DNA from: Octopus vulgaris
Lineage: Eukaryota
NCBI GenBank assembly: GCA_951406725.2
Contig: OX597817.1
Coordinates: 97,712,001 to 97,776,000 of the forward strand
Reading direction: 5' to 3'
Length of the DNA: 64,000 nucleotides
Below the pieces are notes generated by a model. It saw only the letters and a program-made list of their open reading frames with translations, searched no databases and had not been told where the DNA came from. Every line of letters begins with the position of its first letter. Positions within the stretch are counted from its first letter, which is position 1. Below, piece by piece: positions 39,498 to 50,214 of this stretch. A program made the position numbers and the translations under genes.

Positions 39498-41261
39498 TTT
39501 CTTTATTTGGCACTACAGCCATAACACAGAGGGGACACTACAAGGATGACAGAACATCACAGTGGGGACAAAAAACATAAAACAAATGAAAATGAAATGA
39601 CTGCATGGGTCCCACCCCCATACAGTACCATTTGAACATTTAATACACTGTTTACAATTATTCATTCTCCTTTGTTTTTTTTTCTTTATCGTTTTTTCTC
39701 TTTTTTTCCTTTTTTTCCAATAAAACAATTTAACTTACTTTTTCCTTTTTCTTAGTATTTCATAAAAGGTTTGAGATATTTCAATTCCACTACTGGTGGC
39801 AATTTATCAAATTCCACCGCTACTCTTGGTGGATCAATTCCCCCTCCACACATATCTCTCAGCCTATCAACCACAATGGCCTTCACATTCTCCGAATACA
39901 CTTCTATGGGCAACTTCACCCTTATGATGATAGACTTAAATTTCATTATCTTCCGTTCTGTTTCCTTGTTTTACGCATATGTCACAAAATTCCATCGATA
40001 TTTTGGGGGATTTCTTACTTGCTTTCCCTTTTCCTGCTCCACTGCTGGTACCTTTTCTCTTCCCTCCTCTACTCTGAATAATCTCTCCATTTCACCCTCA
40101 TATAATTGTTCTCCTGAATCCTCCTCCTCTACTGGTACAATCAATGTCTTTGCTGCTGTCTCCTCCTCGAGCTCCTTTTCAAGTTCCCTTTCGATCTTCT
40201 TGTCAACCACCATTTTATTTTCCTTCTGACTTCCTTCACAACCTCTTTCTCTACCATTTCTTTCTTTTTCTGCCTCTCTGGTTGGAGGGCTTACTCTATC
40301 ACTTCTCTTTCTTGTACCACTTGGTCTGCACTCTCTTGCTTCTCAGTCTGTTCTATCTATTGTTCTCTCTGGGGGCACCTCGCCTTCATGTGGTCTTTTT
40401 CTCTTATTCGTAGCATATGGGCGGCCTACCCTCCACCACCACTCGCAGCCTTATGTCTTCAGGCAGAACTATCTCTTCTGCGATTCTTTTGAGGTCTTCT
40501 ATACTCGCTTGAATGGCCATTTCTATGCCATACCCCCAATAGTTCACACTTTTGGTTCTTGTGGCCTTGAGAATCTTGGCCTCCTCCTCCATATTGAACA
40601 TAATGGCTGCCATCGGCCATGTTTCTTTTATCTCTGGTGGCACTTTGCCAACTCCCACCCTGGCAACACGTTTGCCACAGTCGGTCGGCAAAAGCACCCA
40701 TTCCTCTGTTCTTATGGCTTCCGTGGAGTGCTTAATTGCTTTATCCTCTATCGCTAAATGCACCTCCACAGTACCATACTTTCTTTCTCTGGTAATGAAC
40801 GTAGTCAACCTCTTTATTTCCTTCAAACATTCCTCAATAGCCACGATTGTTGCTATTTCAACCTTTCTGCTTGCTACCTTCAGTGTTTTATAAATTACTG
40901 TCCTTTTTGTTACATTACTTGTGAGTTCTGCAGGCAGCATTAGTCTCAGTGTGTTTCCTTCCTTTTCCAACAATTTGTTACATTCTTTCATTTTCTTTGG
41001 TTCGACTTTTACTTCATGCACCTCCAGCACTTCAACTTCTGTTCCTCTACCAGTTGCAGCTGCATAGCTGGCACCTTCTCCATTTATCCCACAATAGGAA
41101 AAAAAAAAACAATTAAAAAATAACAATAATCAGCAATTTCAACAGCAACAATAATAATGTTGGTTACACCTACGAGGGGAGACATTTAACAAATATTCAA
41201 CAAAGTGACTCATGTCTAACACGACAAAATTAACTCCGATACGAATATCTCAAACCGCATG
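39498..41261 (-). mobile_element. ORF1-only Tx1-related LINE (HAL1-like) inserted in an LTR
   Basis: ORF1 pieces 40404-41126, 39971-40213 and 39752-39946 with EGRPPICYE..DH...RCP knuckle; no ORF2; AATAAA end; TSD ctatgtactct / ctatatactct. Confidence 0.78.
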
Positions 41262-41539
41262 CTATATACTCTGGTACTTCACATAATTCTCTTTACTTAT
41301 AGTGACTATGTTATTCCATTTGTCATGTGGAAGGGGTGTACTATTATCACTAATTTCCTAAAACATCTCCCCTTTTAAGTTTTTCTTATGAAGTGTCATT
41401 TTATTTAGCAACAATTTTATTCCCCTCACCTCCCTTTTTTGATATTTTTTCATACAATTTAATTTTTTTTTTCGATTGGCATCTATTTTCAAGAATTCTG
41501 TACATTTTCTTTTCCTCTTACTTGTATGCCTGGGCATCT

Positions 41540-42008
41540 GCAGTGGTGTTGGTACTTGGAATGTATCGTACTGAAAATTTTACACAATATATCTATTGTG
41601 TCATTAAAATCTATGTCCAAAGATTTTCTTGGGAGTACATAATTACTGTATTGCTCATGTTCTGTCACTGCCAGTTTTCTCTTGATTAAGTGCTTTTTCA
41701 TCTTGTCATCCCAGTCTTTACAGTCTTTATCAAAGATTTGCTCATATCTTCTGTAGTATGCTTCAAAGGTAACTCCTTCATCAGGTTCATATTTGAACTC
41801 TGTTATGGAGTGTGCAACATAGTTTGTCAAGAACAATTTTTCTGACTTTCCTGACAACTTCAGTAATTGCAGCATTTGTTGCTATAATATTAATTGTTGT
41901 TGTTGCTTCTGTTGTTGCTCTTGCAGTTGTATCTGCTGCTGTTGTTCTTTCAGCTGTTGTTGTGACTGTTTTTGCAACTCGAGCAAACCTGCTAACAAAT
42001 ATTCCATA
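41540..42008 (-). pseudogene. Gypsy gag N-terminus
   Basis: Q-rich start, then ITEFKYEPDEGVTFEAYYRRYEQIF...RKL...EHEQYSNYVLP, typical of K02A2.6/Mag gag. Confidence 0.82.
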
Positions 42009-42298
42009 CTTTTATGATTTTTCGTAAAATTCATACACCAACTTTGTGAGTTTATTAACTCCTCTTTAAGTTTCTGTTAACTGCACATAAATTGATTTAT
42101 CCTCATCGAGTTTATTAATTCCTCATGGGTTGTTCAAATCCTCGTTGAGTTTATGAATTCCTTGTGAGTTGTTTAAATCCTTGTCAAGTTTATTAATTCC
42201 TCGCGAGTTGTTTAAATCCTCATCACCACTGTTATAATCCTTAAAATGTTGGATTTACATAATGCCCACTTCAGTATACAGTATACAGTAAAACCAGT

Positions 42299-42696
42299 AT
42301 TGTTGCTATTTCGATCCTTCTGCTTGCTACCTTCAGTGTTTTATAAATTACTGTCCTTTTTGTTACATTACTTGTGAGTTCTGCAGGCAGCGTTAGTCTC
42401 AGTGTATTTCCTTCCTTTTCCATCAATTTCTTACATTCTTTCATTTTCTTTGGTTCGACTTCAACCATCACTCTATTATCAGTTGCAGCCACATAACTGT
42501 GGTCTCCCACTGGCACCTTCTCCATTTTTCCACAATGGGAAAAAAACAACAATAATCAGCAATTTCAACAGTAACAATCAATAATCTTGGGTAGACCCAC
42601 AAGGGGAAAACCTTCAACGAATATTCAATAAAGTGACTTACGTCTAACAAATAACAAGACAAAATTAACTCCGATACAAATATTTTAAACTGCCTG
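42299..42696 (-). mobile_element. 5' part of the same ORF1-only LINE inside the other LTR
   Basis: ORF 42271-42552 shares EKEGNTLRL.LPAELTSNVTKRTVIYKTLKVASR; same 5' junction with the LTR. Confidence 0.8.
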
Positions 42697-42836
42697 CTAT
42701 GTACTCTGGTACTTCATGTACTTCTCTTTACTTATAGTGACTAGGTTATTCCATTTGTTATGTGGGAGAGGTGTACTATTATTACTAATTCCCTACAATA
42801 CATACAAATATGCAAATAATTGAATAATTATATGTG

Positions 42837-45736
42837 TGTAGCGAATTTTGCATGCATGAAGTGGATTCAATCCACCATATCCAAATTTAAATTAACACTG
42901 CAACAGAACTTTTCCCACGAAGGAACAATGGTTTTTCTCTGACAGCAGTTTTACAGTTTCCAGATGCCTTTAGCTAGGCTGAAATAATGTCTTCACTACT
43001 TGACCCTTTCTAACCTCTTCTACTTCACCAAAAGCTAGAATAGATAACAAGACCACCAACTAAATCTATTGTTCTCAATGATATATCTATCCTTCTGAAT
43101 CTTTATATAAGCAAGCAAAAATCGGTTAGTCACTGTGGTGACAACTCAATGAGAACAAAGTCTGGCTGACCAGCTAGAACATTGGTCAGAGGGAGAAATG
43201 AAGTTTACTACCAGTAACTGTGAAACAACGTTTCACACCCTACAATTCTCTCTAGCTCTAATTCTGTTCTCTTACAACATCATTCTATGTCTCCGCAATT
43301 ACTACTAAACAATGAAGCGAACCCTAATACAAACTTTACTTCGCATGCCTTTGGATTTATCATTAACCTGCTCGTCGAGGCAAGGTATTTGTAATGTAAC
43401 AGTAAATAAATATTTTCTTAAAACTTCATGCCTTGTCTATCATTCACATTTTACAATAGACAGCAACAACAACTTTTTATCATTGCATCTGCTGACTCCA
43501 ACTCATAATAATAATATTTACCAAACCAATTTCTGCCGTTACAATTGGTGACCCACGACTTCAACTAAAAATAATATCGTTACAACCAATTGCCGTTGCA
43601 ACTGGTGACCCTCAAACAAGAGCATTGCAGCCTTCCTAAGAACCAACCATTACAAACTAGCGACCCCAACATTGTACCATAACAGACATCGCTATTAAAC
43701 AAAACTTCAATTGCAACAACTTGGTGACCTGTGTAAAGAGAATTGATACCTTCCGATGCTGCATGCCGCTGCATTTTTACTGATTCGAACTAAAGAACTA
43801 GAATATCAACCGTCACCAAATCAAAGAAAAAGAATCACCACCAAGATGCATCCTCCATTGACCTGCTACAGAAAGCACTATACCTCGATGCAATCTACGA
43901 TGCACTTCACAACAATACAACATAGCCGACGCCCAAGGTATTTGCCTACATGAACAGAAACTAACTGGAAGAAAATACAAAAGCCTGCACATGCAACCTT
44001 TTTGGCACACACGCACTTTTCGTCTAGTCCCGACGTATAAACCCTGCATTGTCTGTGAACTTTTGCATGTACATAAGACTCTCACATAGACATTCAACAA
44101 ATCTTTTCCTTTGCATGCACATCTTTTCACTTTCAGCTGTAGACTTTTAACAAAGGACACTATTTTCAGTTAAGTTTATTATTTCCGCTTTTTTATTATT
44201 CATATTTTGCATGTACTTTTTAACGTTAACTTTGCAAATGTTTATATTGTTGCATATACACATGCGTGCACCTTTCCTCATAGCCTGGCCTTGCACATGC
44301 ATCTGCACACTTTGCTCATACACACATACATGTTGACTCTGTTACATTCATACACCACACATGCCTTTCTCGCTTGTTTTCCATACTCAATGCGCCCTTG
44401 TAGACAACTCATCTCTGTAAGACCCTAGGTCAGTCACGCATACATGAAGTTGTTTGTCCCCTACAATGCACCAGCATGCCACACTTTTGTTCCTGCATGA
44501 TCGAGGCATATAATACCTCATGCACTGGCTGGCAGCCTCAGCCTTACTGCATTAATCACTGGCATATTCAATACTGTACACTATTTTTGTAATCAATGCA
44601 CTAGCATTAGCCTCAGCCTTGCAAGCTCTATTGCACTCATGCACATGCACATCTACTGCCTTATTTTGCAATATGTCTGCGTCAGCCCAATTCTTCTCCC
44701 GACTCAAAGCACGTCGGATGATCACATGCTCTGCGCTCATGTTTAGACATAATTTCCCCCTGTTAGACCCCTGTTTGGTCAATAATTAACAGAGCAAATT
44801 ATCTGTCTCGCGCATCACTCAAGCATGCTTACACTGTCGTCCTTGCTAACTCAGCAATTAACCACGACAACAGCACCAGACACATTTCACTTCGGGCTTT
44901 CACCTTCAAGGTATTTCAAACACTGCAACCCGGCAGGAAAATCTTTCATATCACGGATTGAGAATGCACTCACTCGCTCATCTCAGCTTATTTTACAGTC
45001 AATTTCGAAACGTGCACCTGCATTCCTGTATATGCCCTCACGCGCACACATGCGCTCATTTGCTGTACTGCCCAGTCACTGACTGCACACATTTTGGCAC
45101 GCAAAGCGACACCACTATTCAAACTAATCCAAACAGAAAACTGTTCCGTATACACTTCAACGATCCTCTCTCCTGATATGCAAATTTTACCTTTACCATG
45201 CATTTCTTCATTTCCTTCGATCATTCGTTTCCTTACCAGGAAGCTCACTGGCAGGGGGAGTGTATGTAGTGAATCTTGCATGCATGAAGTGGATTCAATC
45301 CACCATATCCAAATTTAAATTAACACTGCAACAGAGCTTTTCCCACGAAGGAACAATGGTTTTTCTCTGACAGCAGTTTTACAGTTTCCAGATGCCTTTA
45401 GCTAGGCCAAAATAATGTCTTCCTCACTTGACCCTTTCTAACCTCTACTACTTCACCAAAAGCTAGAATAGATAACAAGACCACCAACTAAATCTATTGT
45501 TCTCAATGATATATCTATCCTTCTGGATCTTTATATAAGCAAGCATACCACAAGTAAAAATCAGTTAGTCACTGCGGTGACAACTCAATGAGAACGAAGT
45601 CTTGCTGACCAGCTAGAACATTGGTCAGAGGGAGAAATGAAGTTTACTACCAGTAACTGTGAGACAACGTTCCACACCCTGCTGAGTATCAATATTTCAT
45701 CATAATATAGTTTACCAATCAATTAAAACCGTTACA
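42837..45736 (+). mobile_element. Non-autonomous non-coding LTR element (LARD-like); LTRs 42837-43543 and 45265-45736 (second one internally deleted)
   Basis: TG...CA LTRs near-identical over about 420 bp; PBS tggtgacccacgac 43546-43559; PPT ggcagggggag 45250-45260; no credible ORF. Confidence 0.85.
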
Positions 45737-46078
45737 CTTATATTAGTAGTAAATATTAGTAGTAAAAAATATATATATATATATATATAAGTAACAATAT
45801 AAGGTGAAATTAATTAATTTGGAATAATTATTAATTACACCAAATAGATTTCGGCATGTAAAAGCCTCATTCGAGGAAAATTTAAGTAATACTAAGCAAT
45901 TAAGGGTTTAGCAACGAATTGCCACACCACACACCGAATTTAGAAATAGCAGTCAAAGAGTTATAGCTATTCTTTCTACTAAAAGGGAGATCTCAGTAAA
46001 AACACAGCACTTGAAAGGCAAACACAGACAGGTAAGAGAGAATGAAATGACGGCAATCTATCATACAATTTTAAGTCA

Positions 46079-46169
46079 CCTACGGACGTACGTTTCGAAA
46101 TTAAGTTTTAGGAAAGCATAAGAATTAGATAATTATATCTTACCCAACTTCTTTTCTCATCAGCGTAGG
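46079..46169 (-). ncRNA. Minimal type I hammerhead ribozyme
   Basis: cctacg-CTGATGA-gaaa..tttc-GAAA-cgtac-GTC-cgtagg. Confidence 0.85.
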
Positions 46170-46661
46170 ACACTACAATTATGAATAATTGTATATTAAA
46201 TTTCGAGATACTAGAAGGCATCATCTCAACTCAGTATCAGAGCGAGCTAAAGCCGTTACCAGTACCACCAAATTCAAAGTGTGAATGAAAGTTTGTGTCA
46301 CCAGCCCCTTCCCACCCGCGTGTAGCCAAGACAAGATGCTGTGGTCATTTACTGGGATGAAATATGGTTATCAGTAACAATATAGGGTGAAATTAATTAA
46401 TTTGGAATAATTATTAATTACACCAAGTAGATTTCGGCATGTAAAAGCCTCATTCGAGGAAAATTTAAGTAATACTAAGCAATTAAGGGTTTAGCAACGA
46501 ATTGCCACACCACACACCGAATTTAGAAATAGCAGTCAAAGAGTTATAGCTATTCTTTATACTAAAAGGGAGATCTCAGTAAAAACACAGCACTTGAAAG
46601 GCAAACACAGACAGGTAAGAGAGAATGAAATGACGGCAATCTATCATACAATTTTAAGTCA

Positions 46662-46752
46662 CCTACGGACGTACGTTTCGAAATTAAGTTTTAGGAAAGC
46701 ATAAGAATTAGATAATTATATCTTACCCAACTTCTTTTCTCATCAGCGTAGG
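46662..46752 (-). ncRNA. Minimal type I hammerhead ribozyme (second copy)
   Basis: Same sequence as 46079-46169, offset by 583 bp. Confidence 0.85.
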
Positions 46753-48375
46753 ACATTACAATTATGAATAATTGTATATTAAATTTCGAGATACTAGAAG
46801 GCATCATCTCAACTCAGTATCAGTACCAAATTCAAAGTGTGAATGAAAGTTTGTGTCACCAGCCCCTTCCCACCCGCGTGTAGCCAAGACACAGACAGGT
46901 AAGAGAGAATGAAATTGTTCATTGTGGTCTTTTAAATCCCAAATCAGTTTGCTGAGACCGGTACTATTCCGTTTATTTCTATCCCTAAATGTTGAGTAAT
47001 GGATAGAAATTCTTTTAGATAACTCTAACGATGTGCTTCCAATGTAAAATCGTACTTTATTACGAGTACTGATTATACACTGGTATAGTACCGGTCTCAG
47101 CAAACTGATTTGGGATTTAAAAGACCACAATGAACAATTTCATTTAGAATGGTTGATCCTCTCAATTTCGATACCATATGACAAAGGCAAGAAATTCTGT
47201 CTTCTCTGCAATTCTGAACTATTTTTCATTATTTTTTCTAAAAATACTCTAGTAAACACGGTTATAGAACGAGCATACAGATGTAAGCATTGGCAGAAAC
47301 ATACATTTAGTGCATATAAGTAGTCTCTATCATTATATATAATTTAAACTTTAATTTCCTTTATATTTAACATTCACTATTAATATCCCTACTCTTTCTG
47401 TTAGCTACTTGTGACGTTATATCATATAACGTTTTTTTTAAACAATATTAATAGCGTTCTGTCTATCGCTATACAAATCCATCATTTTTTGCTAAAATGT
47501 CGTATTGACGAGTTTCGTTTTTTTCACTTTCCCGAAGAGAAGATTGCATTGTTTATACCATGTATTCTTTTGAATAGTATCAGTGGAATTTTCGAAACAT
47601 GTGTAGAAAGTAAAAATACTTGTTTAAACCTGCGTTAACTCCATTTTTTATTCATATTATTCAAAATATTCAACGTAAACACGAAGTTTCAACCTTTATA
47701 AACAAGGAGTTACAACATCTTTACTTGTGAGATTTTTGCTGCCCTGGTAACTATTTATTTATTTTTCCGTGTTACTTGTTAACAAGGTAAAAATACACTC
47801 ATCTATATATATATATATATATATATAGGTGATAAATAAAAATATATGCATACATACAAACATATATGTACGTACCTACATCTACATGTATATATACATG
47901 CATATATAAATAATTATACGTGAGTACAGGACATCACAATAAGACGTAGAAACGGAAAAAAACAAAAAACAAGAAAACGAAAAAACAATTACAGGACGAG
48001 CTACACAAGGACAAAACCCCCGTCATCAGTTGTCGCTAGTGGAGTCAAGCATGTTTCGAAGGCAGAGACAGAACACTAATCCAATAGGCCTTCCTGCGAG
48101 AGAATTAAAATACAATTCCAAGCAGCGGGGCAAAATGAGTACGAACACGAACAAGACGTAACAATAAAACTGCAAAAATAAAAATACATGTACAAAAAAT
48201 ACAATTAATTACAAAACGAGAAAATAAAAAGAGAATACGATACAGGAAATCAAACACACAAGAGGACGAACGAAAAAGCCTTTTTTTTCTGGCATAGACA
48301 AACAATAAAACTGCAAAAATAAAAATACATGTACAAAAAATACAAATAATTACAAAACGAGAAAATGTATATATA

Positions 48376-48540
48376 GGCGCAGGAGTGGCTGTGTGGTAAG
48401 TAGCTTGCTAACCAACCACATGGTTCCGGGTTCAGTCCCACTGCGTGGCATCTTGGGCAAGTGTCTTCTGCTATAGCCCCCGGCCGACCAATGCCTTGTG
48501 AGTGGATTTGGTAGACGGAAACTGAAAGAAGCCTGTCGTA

Positions 48541-48593
<53 letters not shown>

Positions 48594-48794
48594 GCGTGTG
48601 TCTGTGTTTGTCCCCCTAGCATTGCTTGACAACCGATGCTGGTGTGTTTACGTCCCCGTCACTTAGCGGTTCGGCAAAAGAGACCGATAGAATAAGTACT
48701 GGGCTTACAAAGAATAAGTCCCGGGGTCGATTTGCTCAACTAAAGGCGGTGCTCCAGCATGGCCGCAGTCAAATGACTGAAACAAGTAAAAGAG
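48376..48794 (+). mobile_element. Full-length tRNA-derived SINE with internal (TA)/(TG) microsatellite
   Basis: A-box-like tggctgtgtgg, B-box-like ggttcagtcc, cttgggcaagtg core, LINE-like 3' tail. Confidence 0.9.
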
Positions 48795-49017
48795 TATATA
48801 TATAATGCATCACGGTGTTGCCTGGGTGTTATGACCTACAGGCACATTGTATTATTTACGCCTGTCTTATGGGCAGAATCGGTACAGCTGATATAGAGTT
48901 AATGGCATAATGGAAGTTATTGTTTGTTTAAAAGTGAAGGGATAGGGTACAATTTGCATGGGTTTACATGAAAGTGCTTTCCCCACGGCAATTTTTTGTT
49001 TGTTTGTTTTGTTATCT

Positions 49018-49345
49018 ACATAGAGAAGTACAGAGATTACAAATCTGCCAAATATATTTTTTTAAAGTTTAATTTTTTAATTCACCTACCGGCTTTCAAA
49101 AAGCTAAAATCTCCCAGTCTTTCACTTTTCTTGATGCTTCCCGCATGCGTAGAATTCTACTGAAATAGATCACCACCAGAAAACATGACATGCTAGAAAC
49201 AACAAGTAAATGATATTATTTCAGAAGAAATTTCCCCGCTTTCCAAAAAGCTAAAAGTGAAACATTGGGAGTGTGTAGCTTTTTGAAAGTGTTGAGGTGA
49301 TTGATAAAATTCTTAAAGATTCGTACTCTCTGTTTTTTCTCCATG
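49018..49345. repeat. Long imperfect inverted repeat (foldback or MITE-like)
   Basis: ctttcaaaaagctaaaatctcccagtctttcacttt versus aaagtgaaacattgggagtgtgtagctttttgaaag; outer arms also pair. Confidence 0.7.
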
Positions 49346-49464
49346 GATTATCAAGAAAAAAATTTGAAAAAAGTAAAAAATGAATTTGGTGTGGAGAGGA
49401 AGAAAATTAAAATATTGAGAACATATTTTGTGGGTGAATCCCAATCTCCTGTATTGCAAATGTA

Positions 49465-49530
49465 GTGACGCCATTTTTGGAAGTCTTCAGCACGCATGCA
49501 GCCGGAAGTTCCCTCATGTGCATGCGCAGA
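49465..49530. promoter_or_regulatory. Cluster of YY1-, ETS- and NRF1-like motifs
   Basis: cgccattt 49469-49476, ccggaagt 49502-49509, tgtgcatgcgca 49517-49528. Confidence 0.4.
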
Positions 49531-50214
49531 GAAGTACCAACAGCAAGATTTCCCGCTGGATCTGTCTTTTCGAAGCTGCAGCTGAATTGAATGGACATGT
49601 CCTCGCAGGCCTCCCAAGCTAGCCAACATGTGGAGAAGCCCTTCTACGCTGGAACGAGACAGCATTTGGCTCACACGAGTTAACTAATGTGACTAGTTTT
49701 CATGGCCCATGGCTACCGGTTTGCCCTAAAGGAAATATATGTATATATATTATTGCGAATCCAGAAAAATTAATATCATTTATTGCTGTTGAAGATATTT
49801 GAAGTCTTGGTTTTCCTTTCAACAAATAATTTAATGTAACAGGATAAGACCGGCACCCCTCAAGTGTTCCAGAGACCTTCATCCTTGTTACACAAACAAG
49901 GGAATTGGAAGAAATTTAGGAAAAAATAAGGTGGGGAGAGGAAATGTCACCTCGAACATTCTAGAAAGAAGAGGTAAAGGAAAGGATTTCTGCGAAAACT
50001 TCCTTTTAAGTTTAAATCAAAGATCACAAATGCAAATTATACAACAGAAAAAGATCATTTCAATTTGAGCTGTAAATCTACGTGTGCACACTGCAAGAAA
50101 TAACATAATTCTCACAGAAGTTTTACCTAGAGTGTGTGTATACGTGTGAATGTGTGTGTATACATGTGTGTGTCAAAGGAAGTTATTTTATGGTATTCTT
50201 TCGCTTGAAGAAGC

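Larger units (their letters stand above)
39389..42800 (-). mobile_element. Internally deleted Mag-type Gypsy element; LTRs 39389-41365 and 42230-42800
   Basis: 5-bp TSD catac (39384-39388 / 42801-42805); PBS-like TGGTGATGAGGA (tRNA-Ser type) 42217-42228; PPT aaaaggggaga 41366-41376; gag fragment. Confidence 0.85.
45790..47790. mobile_element. Penelope-like element: tandem 583-bp pLTR units plus inverted GIY-YIG region
   Basis: Units 45790-46372 and 46373-46890; VLYQC...FYIGST on the minus strand; CLLCNSE...CKH on the plus strand; 60-bp inverted repeat. Confidence 0.85.

Noticed and set aside
42045-42228. Short regularly spaced repeats resembling a CRISPR array
   Set aside because: Eukaryotic context, no unique spacers; Gypsy leader repeats
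47990-48065. ctgatga and gaaac motifs on the minus strand
   Set aside because: Cannot be folded into a complete hammerhead; likely a decayed pLTR
48160-48366. 66-bp direct duplication (48160-48225 / 48301-48366)
   Set aside because: Ordinary local duplication in an A-rich repeat
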